NCBI GenBank assembly: GCA_031082105.1
Contig: JAVHLO010000001.1
Location: forward strand, 1 to 38,352
From: Planctomycetota bacterium
GTDB lineage: Bacteria; Planctomycetota; MHYJ01; JACQXL01; JAVHLO01
Direction: 5' to 3'
DNA: 38,352 nt
The notes beneath the pieces are model-generated. The model was not told where the DNA came from, did not search any database, and was given only the letters and a program-made list of their open reading frames with translations. A program made the position numbers and the translations under genes. This document shows positions 14,506 to 22,188 of this stretch, one piece after another (the first letter of the stretch is position 1; every line of letters begins with the position of its first letter).

Positions 14506-17500
14506 TCACGCGAGTCTTCGCAGCTCCTCCTCCAGCTCCCGGGCGCGGAGCACGTATCCCTTGCCGCGCAGCGTGCCTATCGTCTCGTTGTACAACACGT
14601 GCGCGGCGGTCTTGTCGCCGAACGCGGCCTCGAACCGGGCCCGCGCGGCCGCGAGATCGACTTTCACCCGAAACGCGGCGCCGTCTCCGATGAGCCGTTC
14701 CGCCTGTTCGAGCGTCTGCGCGGCGGTCTCGTTGTCGCCCAGCTCGACGGCGTCGAGACAGATCTCCAACCGGATCCTCCCACGGAGCGCGGCGGGCAGG
14801 CCGGCCTGGTCTGCGGCCCTGAGCGCATCGCGGGCCATGACGAGCGCCTCCTTGCACCGCCCCTGTCGCCTCAGTGTGGCGGCCTTGACTGTCGCGTCGC
14901 CGACCCGGGCAAGCTCCGCGCCGAGCTCACGGGCGGCGACCAGCGCGGAATCGCACGCAAGGTGAGCCTTCTCGAACTCGCAGCGGGCAAGAAGCACGGA
15001 CGCGAGCGCGGACGACATCAGGCGCGTCTCTGTTTTCCTTCCGACGATCCCGGGTTTTTCAACGCGCTCGCGCAGCGCCTTGAGCGCGCCGTCAAGGTCG
15101 CCCTTCTCCTGCAACGCGAGCGCCATGCTGCATGCGACCATGCGCAGGCCGACCTTATGGTCGAGCCGTTCGCAGAGCGCTTTGCACTTACCGTAGTTTT
15201 CGAGCGCGTGGTCGAGTTCGCCGATGTCGCAATAGACATCGCCCACGTCGCAGAATGCCCTGGCCACGCACCGTTCGTCGCCGATCTCCCGGAAAATGGA
15301 CGTGGCGCGCGCGTAGAGCTTGAGCGCCTGCTCGAACCGCCCCTGCAGCCGGTACACGTTCGCCGCCTCCGAGAGCGCCAGCGCAAGCATCCGCCGCTCG
15401 CCCATCTCCTCGGCGATGGAGATGCTCTGTTCGCAGCACTCGGCCGCGCGGTCGAGCTCGCCCTTGTTGCGCAGCGCCTCGCCGAGGTTGCGCAGGACCA
15501 GCGCCATCCGCCACTTATCGCCTATCTCCTCGCAGATTTTGAGCGCCCGGGTCAGCAGCTCCTCGCCCTGAAGTATCTCGCCCACGTTCACGTGGCGCGA
15601 CCCGAGGTTGTTGAGCGCGGTGACCTGCCCCTGCTTGTCACCGGTCCGTTCGTAGTATCTCAACCGCGCGGTGCAACCTTCGACGTTGTCGGTGTGGTCG
15701 TCGCGGAGCGAGGCTACCTCGCTTAGCTGTTCGAGCCCTTCGAGGGTCAGCTCCTCGCCCGCGTCTCCCTGCGTCCGCGCGAGTTCGATCCCCTGCCTGA
15801 TGAGTTCCTCGCCCTCCGCGATCCGGGACCGGAGCTTCGCCTTGAACCAACCGTAGATGATGAGCGTGCGGGCGTGTTCGAGCGGATCCGCCGCCCCGGG
15901 TCCGGCCGACCGGATACGCTGCAAGGACCGTTCGAGTCTTTCCTCCGAATCATCGAACCGGCCCATGCGGAAATAGGTGCTGGCGAGCCGGCTCTCGAGC
16001 CGCGCGGATGGATTGCCCGTTGCGGCGGCCGAATCTGGCACGACGTCGGTCTTCCACATTTCCACGGCGCGGGCGAGCGCGTCCTTGAACACGGTCTCCG
16101 CCTCGGCAAGCCTGCCCAGCGTGGTGCAGATCAGTCCCATCCTCTCGAGCACGTCGATTCTCTTGCCGGGCGCGAGCTCGGTCTCGAGGAGCCGCCTGTA
16201 TGCGTCGAGCGCCTCCGCCGGCGAATGACGCCGGGCGGCATCGCGGGCGGCGTCTTCGCCGTACTTCGCGTACTTGTCCTTCGCGCCGGCGTCCCACGCG
16301 AGCCGCGCAAGGCGTTCCACGTCTTCGCCCTTCCTTCTTCTCCCTTCGAGGATTTCAGACTCCAGCCGCAGCAGCAGATCGAGGCTCAGCCTGCGCCGCC
16401 TATCCGAATTCATCGCTTGCCACGACATCTCGCGCACGCGGTCGTGGGCGAACCTGTACGTCATCACATCGCCGCTCGGCTCGTGGCGGAGGAGTCCCCT
16501 TTCAATGAGGTCGCGAAGGTCCGGGCGCGCCGGGCGGGCCGTCTTTTTTTTCGACGTCAGCAGGAGATCGATCTCGTCTTCGCGCACCGCCTTGCCCCAG
16601 ACGGCGAGGCGGTCGAGCCAGCCCCGCTCAGTCCGGCCCAGCCTGCGGATCCTGCGGGCGATCACCTCCTTCACGCTGTCGGGGAGCGCGGTGCCCTTCC
16701 ATCGCTTCCGGTCCACCTCCCAGCCCCACGGTCGCCATTTCAGTACCTGTTCGTCCACCCAGCCGCGGAGCACTTCTTCGAGGAAGAGCGGGTTTCCGCT
16801 CTCTTCCACGGCGAGTATTTTCTCCTTGAGCACCCCCGCCTCGTCGCCGAACATCGTCCTGATGAACCGGTCCTGCTGGTCGCGGGACAATGCCTTCAGC
16901 ACGCGCTCCTCCGCGTGGCCCTCGGAGACGAGCCGGTCAAGGATCTTCTTCAGGTCCTCGGTTTCTTCGCCCTCTCTCTTGGTCGCGACGATGAACACCT
17001 TGCCGGTTTCGACGCCGAGCCCGGCGCGCCGGCCAAGGAACTCAAGCAGCCTCAGGCTCATCTCGTCCGCCCACTGGATGTCGTCAAATACGAGGATCAT
17101 CCCCTTTTCCTTCGTCCCCTTGAGGACGAACTCGCTCGCCTTGTCGAGCAGCCGGATGCGCGCCTGCTCGGGGCCGAGCGCAGGCGGCTCCGCGGGCCTG
17201 TACTGCTCGGCGAGCGCGGGCACGATCTCCTTCAGGTAGGGCGCGTAGGCGCGGATGAGTCCGGGCTGAGCGCCGCCGGTGTGTTCCCAGACCTCCACCT
17301 GGCGGACCGCCTTCTCGAACACTTCCTGGGCCAGCCCGAACGGTTCCGGCGCGCCCTCGTTCGCCTTACCTTCCGCGACGGCGACCTGCTGCGTCTGCGC
17401 CCAGATGCGGAACTCGCGCGCAAGGCGGCTCTTGCCTATGCCCGACTCGCCGGAGATTATCGCAATGCGCACGCCTTTTTCCTTCTTCTCCGCCCTCTGC

Positions 17501-18699
17501 CAGAGGCTCCTGAGCCACGCGGATTCCGGCTCCCTTCCGACGAACTCGCCGCTGCTGACGTAGCCCTTGAGCGTTTCCTTCGTCTCGAGTTCGTATTCGA
17601 CGCCCGTGATACGGCTCAACGCCTTTATCACCTCGTTCGCGCTCGGCGGCCTCTGTGCGGGATACTTCGCCATCAGCCGCGTTATGAGGTCCTCTATCTC
17701 CTGCGGCAGGCCGGGCACGGCCTTGCGCACGCGCGGGATCGGCGCCTCGAGATGGTCGGTCATGACGCGGGTCTTGGAATCGCTGTCGTAGGGGAGCACG
17801 CGCGCGAAGAGCTCGTACATGGTCACGCCGAGGCCGTACAGGTCGGCGCGGTGGTCGACCGCGTCGTACCTCAGCACCTCCGGCGATATGTACGGCACGG
17901 TACCGATGACGGCGGGCGTGCCCTGGATCGACCGCTTCGCGCGCGAGGCGCCGAAGTCAACGAGTTTCACGTGGTCTTCCGCGCAGACAAGGACGTTCTC
18001 GGGTTTCACGTCGAAATGGACGAGGTCATGGGTGTGAATGAACTGCAGGCCGCGACAGAGCTGCACGATGAGGGGGACCATCTCCTGCCAGGTCATGTCC
18101 GCGGTGGCGAAGAGGAGATCCTTTCCGCTCAGCAGCTCGCAGGTGAAGAAGTAGCTTTCGCGGAGCGGGTCGGGCCCTTCCTGGATCCTGCCGAAGTCGT
18201 AAACGATCTCGACGTTCGGGTGCCTGAGCCCGGCGAGCAGCTTGAACTCGTTTTCCGGCTTCTCGTCGAGCAGCATCGTGGAGACGGATTCCTTCTGGAT
18301 GGTTTTGAGCGCGATCTGCCTGTCGTCGGAGAGCGTGTCGACTGCGAGGTACACCCTGCCCATGCCTCCCTCGCCGAGGAGCCTGACGATCCTGTAGCGG
18401 CGGTTGATGAGCTGCCCTTCCGCGGCGACGACCTCCTCTATGAGCGGCGCGAACTCGTCGTCGAGGTTCAGCGGGTGCGCATCGCGTACGAGCGGGAGGA
18501 CCGATGGCGCCTTGCGCATCGCGTCGAGGAGCGTCTCGATTTGGGCGGGCTTGAGCATGTTGAGCGACAGGACGACTTCGGTGGCGCTGCGTCCGCTCTC
18601 GCGAACCGCGTCGCGGCACCGGCGCGCCTCTTCATCCGTCAAGAGCGAATGCTGGAGCGCGAACCGGATGAACTGCTCGTTTGTCTGCAATTGGTCCAT
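14506..18699 (-). CDS. Ser/Thr protein kinase + AAA_16 (STAND-type) ATPase + TPR array, 1397 aa
   Basis: Glycine loop LGEGGMGRVY, IALK lysine, catalytic loop HFDVKPEN (non-RD), DFG and SPE. Walker A IISGESGIGKSRLA and Walker B ILVFDDIQWADE. C-terminal 40-residue-period TPR units. Its stop lies 43 nt upstream of the cyclase ATG. Confidence 0.9.
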   Translation of the reverse strand: MDQLQTNEQFIRFALQHSLLTDEEARRCRDAVRESGRSATEVVLSLNMLKPAQIETLLDAMRKAPSVLPLVRDAHPLNLDDEFAPLIEEVVAAEGQLINRRYRIVRLLGEGGMGRVYLAVDTLSDDRQIALKTIQKESVSTMLLDEKPENEFKLLAGLRHPNVEIVYDFGRIQEGPDPLRESYFFTCELLSGKDLLFATADMTWQEMVPLIVQLCRGLQFIHTHDLVHFDVKPENVLVCAEDHVKLVDFGASRAKRSIQGTPAVIGTVPYISPEVLRYDAVDHRADLYGLGVTMYELFARVLPYDSDSKTRVMTDHLEAPIPRVRKAVPGLPQEIEDLITRLMAKYPAQRPPSANEVIKALSRITGVEYELETKETLKGYVSSGEFVGREPESAWLRSLWQRAEKKEKGVRIAIISGESGIGKSRLAREFRIWAQTQQVAVAEGKANEGAPEPFGLAQEVFEKAVRQVEVWEHTGGAQPGLIRAYAPYLKEIVPALAEQYRPAEPPALGPEQARIRLLDKASEFVLKGTKEKGMILVFDDIQWADEMSLRLLEFLGRRAGLGVETGKVFIVATKREGEETEDLKKILDRLVSEGHAEERVLKALSRDQQDRFIRTMFGDEAGVLKEKILAVEESGNPLFLEEVLRGWVDEQVLKWRPWGWEVDRKRWKGTALPDSVKEVIARRIRRLGRTERGWLDRLAVWGKAVREDEIDLLLTSKKKTARPARPDLRDLIERGLLRHEPSGDVMTYRFAHDRVREMSWQAMNSDRRRRLSLDLLLRLESEILEGRRRKGEDVERLARLAWDAGAKDKYAKYGEDAARDAARRHSPAEALDAYRRLLETELAPGKRIDVLERMGLICTTLGRLAEAETVFKDALARAVEMWKTDVVPDSAAATGNPSARLESRLASTYFRMGRFDDSEERLERSLQRIRSAGPGAADPLEHARTLIIYGWFKAKLRSRIAEGEELIRQGIELARTQGDAGEELTLEGLEQLSEVASLRDDHTDNVEGCTARLRYYERTGDKQGQVTALNNLGSRHVNVGEILQGEELLTRALKICEEIGDKWRMALVLRNLGEALRNKGELDRAAECCEQSISIAEEMGERRMLALALSEAANVYRLQGRFEQALKLYARATSIFREIGDERCVARAFCDVGDVYCDIGELDHALENYGKCKALCERLDHKVGLRMVACSMALALQEKGDLDGALKALRERVEKPGIVGRKTETRLMSSALASVLLARCEFEKAHLACDSALVAARELGAELARVGDATVKAATLRRQGRCKEALVMARDALRAADQAGLPAALRGRIRLEICLDAVELGDNETAAQTLEQAERLIGDGAAFRVKVDLAAARARFEAAFGDKTAAHVLYNETIGTLRGKGYVLRARELEEELRRLA

Positions 18700-18919
18700 G
18701 ATCGGCGAAACCCGCTCAAGCCCGGCAAGCGACCGCCGGCGCGCGCCCGATTCGGCGCCGGCGGATCGTTCGAAAGAGGATACCAGAGAACGGAAGTGTT
18801 GTCAAGTCCGGTGGGAAGTCGGCAGGTATTTGGCGACTCCTCCCCGGCCCGCGGTGAAAGGCCGGACACGTGTCAGACTCGCACGGGCATCCCCCCCGTG
18901 CGCACGACACGCGCAAGGC

Positions 18920-18948
18920 TTGACACACGGAAAACGTTGATTCATAAT
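18920..18948 (+). promoter_or_regulatory. Sigma70-like promoter TTGACA-17 nt-CATAAT upstream of the cupin gene
   Basis: TTGACA at 18920-18925, an exact 17-nt spacer, and CATAAT at 18943-18948. It lies about 130 nt upstream of ATG 19078. Confidence 0.4.
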
Positions 18949-19077
18949 ATCGCCGGAAATGTGAAGGCCACTTCAGATTCCAGGTATTGAGCGCGCAGAA
19001 GTGGATTTTGTTGTCGTTCGCGAACGCTCAGTGACTCTGATTGAAGTGAAAGCGCGCTTTTCGATGAGGGATCATCA

Positions 19078-19449
19078 ATGGGCGAACAGAACAAGTACAG
19101 CATCAACCTCGAGCCGAAGTTCGGCTTTCTCGAGCTGATCGATGTTGCGCAGCTCGTTTCAGCGTGCGGAGAACGGTGGTTCAACCAGACACTGTGCCGG
19201 GTGAACGACGCGGTCGTGCGGGTGGGCGTCATGCAGGGCGAGTTCCACTGGCACAAGCATGACGAGGAGGACGAGTTCTTTTTCACTCTGCAGGGCGAGC
19301 TGCTGGTCGACCTCGAGGGTTCGACGGTCGCGCTCAAGCCCATGCAGGGGTTCACGGTCCCGAAGGGGGTCGTACACCGGACGCGCGCCCCGGAACGAAC
19401 GGCCATCCTCATGGTCGAGCGCGGGTCCGTCAAGCCTACAGGTGACTAG
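19078..19449 (+). CDS. Cupin_2 domain protein, 123 aa
   Basis: GEFHWHKHDEEDEFFFTLQGEL ... VPKGVVHRT matches the two cupin His-containing motifs. A GAGGGA RBS sits 6 nt upstream. Confidence 0.8.
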   Translation: MGEQNKYSINLEPKFGFLELIDVAQLVSACGERWFNQTLCRVNDAVVRVGVMQGEFHWHKHDEEDEFFFTLQGELLVDLEGSTVALKPMQGFTVPKGVVHRTRAPERTAILMVERGSVKPTGD

Positions 19450-19498
19450 CCGGACTCTCTCATGAAATTCAATTGGCTGTCATGCCGTGCCTGAAACA

Positions 19499-19585
19499 GC
19501 CGCAGAGACACAGAGGCACAGAGAACACGAGAGAGAACAGCGCCTGCTTCCTGGAGATTCCTCTGTGTCTCTGTGCCTCCGCGGC
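19499..19585. repeat. Family B long imperfect hairpin (gccgcagagacacagaggcacagagaa ... ttcctctgtgtctctgtgcctccgcggc)
   Basis: Arms of about 27 nt pair at roughly 23 positions by hand alignment. Sister copies are at 31798-31884 and 33418-33492. It sits between the convergent cupin and acyltransferase genes. Confidence 0.8.
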
Positions 19586-19719
19586 AATCTGACCCTTCAG
19601 GGAAAACGACAAGCTGTCATGAAGGACAGAAGAACTTCATGTTTCCTTGTCGCGTTGGCGTTCTTGGCGATTTGGCGGCGTAGCGGTTGCTCGCTTTGAA
19701 GGTCAGAATCTCCGCTTCG

Positions 19720-20601
19720 CTACTCGACGAAGTTGTACCACTGGTCCGGATGCCGGGCGATGTGGTATTCGAACACGCTCGCCATTTTCTGCGTTACGCG
19801 CAGTATTTCCTGTTGGCGGTCCGGCGCGGACGGGTCCGCAAGGATCGGCGTCTCCAGGATCGGCCGGTAGGTCCCGCCCCCCTCGTGGACGACGAAGGCC
19901 GGGATGATCGGCGCGCCGGTCAGGGCCGACAGCACGGCCGCGCCCCTCGGCACCATGAATCCGCGCCCGAACATCGAGACCTGCACGAGCGATTCGGAGC
20001 TCTCTCGCTCCGTCAGCATTGTCACAATCTCCCCGCGCCGCAGCGCGCCGAGCATCGCAAGATGCGCCGGCAGCTCACCCTCGCTCCGCGACAGGTAGAT
20101 CGTTTTGACCCCGAACCGCGCCCGCATGCGGCCCCGGAACTCGTTGATGTCGCGGTCCGCAGCCGCCAGGGTGAGCACGTTCACGCGAAAGCCGAGCTGC
20201 GAAAGCAGCACCGCACCCAGTTCCCAGTGGCCGAAGTGCGAAGAGACGACCACTGCGCCCGTGCGCCGGCGGGCCGCTTCGTGCAGCGGCACAAGACTCG
20301 CCTCCGCGCCAGAACCGCGGTCTATCCTGAAGATCGACCTGACCGTCCTCGGCGTGAGCAAGGACAGGAAGACGTACTCGACCAGGCCGCACGCGAAGTT
20401 CTGGAACGTCCTGCGCACGACGGCCTCCCTCTCCGCGCGCCCCTGCAGCGAGCCGTCCTTCCGGTCCGCGTTCCACGCGGCGAGCCAATCCACATTTCGG
20501 ACTACCATCGCGCGCGGGCCCTTCAACACGCGGGACGCGATGCGTCCGAGCGCCAGCGCAATGAGAAGAAACGCCTTCCGCGGCACCAGCCGAGCCAGCA
20601 T
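19720..20601 (-). CDS. LpxL/HtrB-family lipid A (Kdo2-lipid IVA) acyltransferase-like protein
   Basis: VVSSHFGHWELG is the family H-x4-E/D motif. PRGAAVLSALTGAPIIPAFV and the terminal HPDQWYNF are typical of the family. The start is uncertain: ATG 20601, with GTGs at 20604 and 20607. The longest ORF (to 20817) would overlap the hflX promoter and start, and is rejected. Confidence 0.7.
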   Translation of the reverse strand: MLARLVPRKAFLLIALALGRIASRVLKGPRAMVVRNVDWLAAWNADRKDGSLQGRAEREAVVRRTFQNFACGLVEYVFLSLLTPRTVRSIFRIDRGSGAEASLVPLHEAARRRTGAVVVSSHFGHWELGAVLLSQLGFRVNVLTLAAADRDINEFRGRMRARFGVKTIYLSRSEGELPAHLAMLGALRRGEIVTMLTERESSESLVQVSMFGRGFMVPRGAAVLSALTGAPIIPAFVVHEGGGTYRPILETPILADPSAPDRQQEILRVTQKMASVFEYHIARHPDQWYNFVE

Positions 20602-20686
20602 CACCACCGGCCGCAGGAACCGGAAACTGTCCAGCGTGGATTCTCCAACCGTTCTTTCCTGCAAGCGGCTCAAAATTCCGTGCCCC

Positions 20687-20721
20687 AAATCCGCAATCCG
20701 AAATCGCAAATCCGAAATTCC
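20687..20721. repeat. Short degenerate tandem motif aaatccgcaatccgaaatcgcaaatccgaaattcc
   Basis: Iterated (a)atccg(c/a)aa units in the divergent acyltransferase/hflX intergenic region. A related ggaatccgatttcgcg occurs in reverse orientation near 34555-34570. Confidence 0.5.
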
Positions 20722-20767
20722 AGCCGCCCCACTCTTCCATTTTTCTTCATCCGTGTCAAGCCAAAGG

Positions 20768-20796
20768 TTGAAATGTCCGGTGCGACCTTGTATAAT
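20768..20796 (+). promoter_or_regulatory. Near-consensus sigma70 promoter TTGAAA-17 nt-TATAAT, 8 nt upstream of the hflX ATG (leaderless or near-leaderless mRNA)
   Basis: TTGAAA at 20768-20773, a 17-nt spacer, TATAAT at 20791-20796, ATG at 20805. No Shine-Dalgarno sequence can fit. Confidence 0.55.
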
Positions 20797-20804
20797 CACG
20801 TTCC

Positions 20805-22076
20805 ATGAAACGGACAAATCTCACGGTACACCGGGAACGCGCGATACTCGTCGGGGTGGACACGGCCGGCCCGCGGCCCGCGGGCGCCGGCGACTACTTC
20901 GACGAGCTTGCGCAACTGGCGCGCACGGCGGGCGCCGTCGTCATGGACCGCGTCGTCCAGCGAAGGCCCAAGATCGACGTCGCCACCTACGTCGGCACCG
21001 GAAAGGCGAAAGAGATCGCGGACCTCGCCTTGGACCTCGACGTCGACGTCGTCATCTTCGACAACGACCTGCTGCCCGCGCAGGTGCGCAACCTCGAGGA
21101 GGCCATCAAACTGAAGGTGATCGACCGCACGGAGTTAATTCTCGACATCTTCGCCACGCATGCGAGGTCGAAACAGGCAAAACTGCAGGTGGAGCTTGCG
21201 CAGCTCGAGTACGCGCTGCCCAGGCTCAAACGGATGTGGACGCACCTGTCGCGCCAGGAGGGCGGCGTCGGGATCGGCCAGCGCGGGCCGGGCGAGAAAC
21301 AAATCGAAGTCGACCGCCGGCTCGCCCGCAAGCGGGTCGCCGACCTCAAACGGGAGCTTGCGGATATCGAGGCCAGGAAACTACGCGAGGTGGCCGCACG
21401 AAGTCAGAATTTCACCGTGGCGCTCGTCGGTTATACGAACGCGGGCAAGTCCACACTCATGAACGCGCTCAGCGGGACACAAGAACTGGTCGAGGACCGG
21501 CTCTTCTCGACACTTGACACCAAGACCCACGTGTGGGAGCTTCCCGACGGCCAGAAGGTCCTCTTGAGCGATACCGTCGGCTTCATCCGCGACCTGCCGC
21601 ACCAGTTGGTGGCATCATTCCACGCCACCCTGGAGGAGGTTCTTCATGCCGACCTGCTCCTCCACGTGGTCGACGCGGGAAGCCCGCACGCCGAGGAGCA
21701 GATAGATGCCGTGAACGGCGTCCTCAAGGAAATCAGCTGCCAGAATGTCCCGACCGTTCTGCTGCTGAACAAGACCGATCTTCTGGAGGACCGCCTGCCG
21801 CTCCAGATCCATATGCGGCTCCATCCGGAGGCGATACCGGTTTCCGCGCTGCGCCGGGAAGGGCTCGAACAGATCGCGTCCGCAGTGGCGCGACGGATGC
21901 GCGAACGGCAGGCCGAGATCGAGCTGCACGTTCCCGTGACCAACGGCCGCGCACTCGCGCTCATTGCGGACCGCGGGCGCATCCTGTCAAAGCGGTTGGA
22001 AGGCGAGGTGATGATCGTCCGGGCGCTGCTGCCGCTGCGCGAGGTGGCGAAGCTGAAGGAGTTTCGGAAGGGCTAG
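20805..22076 (+). CDS. hflX: GTPase HflX
   Basis: HflX N-domain (ELILDIFATHARSKQAKLQVELAQLEYALPRL, GPGEKQIEVDRR). G1 is GYTNAGKSTLMN, G3 is DTVGF, G4 is NKTD. Confidence 0.95.
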   Translation: MKRTNLTVHRERAILVGVDTAGPRPAGAGDYFDELAQLARTAGAVVMDRVVQRRPKIDVATYVGTGKAKEIADLALDLDVDVVIFDNDLLPAQVRNLEEAIKLKVIDRTELILDIFATHARSKQAKLQVELAQLEYALPRLKRMWTHLSRQEGGVGIGQRGPGEKQIEVDRRLARKRVADLKRELADIEARKLREVAARSQNFTVALVGYTNAGKSTLMNALSGTQELVEDRLFSTLDTKTHVWELPDGQKVLLSDTVGFIRDLPHQLVASFHATLEEVLHADLLLHVVDAGSPHAEEQIDAVNGVLKEISCQNVPTVLLLNKTDLLEDRLPLQIHMRLHPEAIPVSALRREGLEQIASAVARRMRERQAEIELHVPVTNGRALALIADRGRILSKRLEGEVMIVRALLPLREVAKLKEFRKG

Positions 22077-22080
22077 ACTT

Positions 22081-22187
22081 TGATCATTGGCCATTTGTCA
22101 CTTCTCATTGGCAGTTGGCTTTTTGACCTTGCCGGACGCTTGCCGCCCGATGCAAAATGACAAATGATCAATGGCCAATGGCGAATG
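22081..22187. repeat. Family G inverted pair (tgatcattggccatttgtca... / ...aatgacaaatgatcaatggccaatgg) between convergent hflX and the GGDEF gene
   Basis: The arms at 22081-22118 and 22155-22187 are approximate reverse complements. A third copy is at 37080-37112. It may act as a bidirectional terminator. Confidence 0.65.
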
Positions 22188-22188
22188 C

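Noticed and set aside
10407-18990. Series of long + strand ORFs (10407..11288, 11328..12605, 12660..14177, 14101..15726, 15874..18990) and many minus-strand alternative frames
   Set aside because: All lie inside the two giant minus-strand STAND genes. These are shadow ORFs favoured by high G+C, with no recognisable domains.
20731-20759. Candidate minus-strand promoter TTGACA-17-AAGAGT for the acyltransferase gene
   Set aside because: The -35 is perfect but the -10 is weak (3 of 6), so I did not list it as a feature.
20602-20817. N-terminal 72 codons of the longest acyltransferase ORF
   Set aside because: They would overlap the hflX start and its near-consensus promoter and run through the aatccg repeat. 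The conserved LpxL-type N-terminal hydrophobic segment begins near the ATG/GTG cluster at 20601-20607.
19687-21517. + strand ORFs 19687..20808 and 20105..21517
   Set aside because: They are antisense to the acyltransferase gene or out of frame with hflX, with Arg/Pro-rich low-complexity translations.
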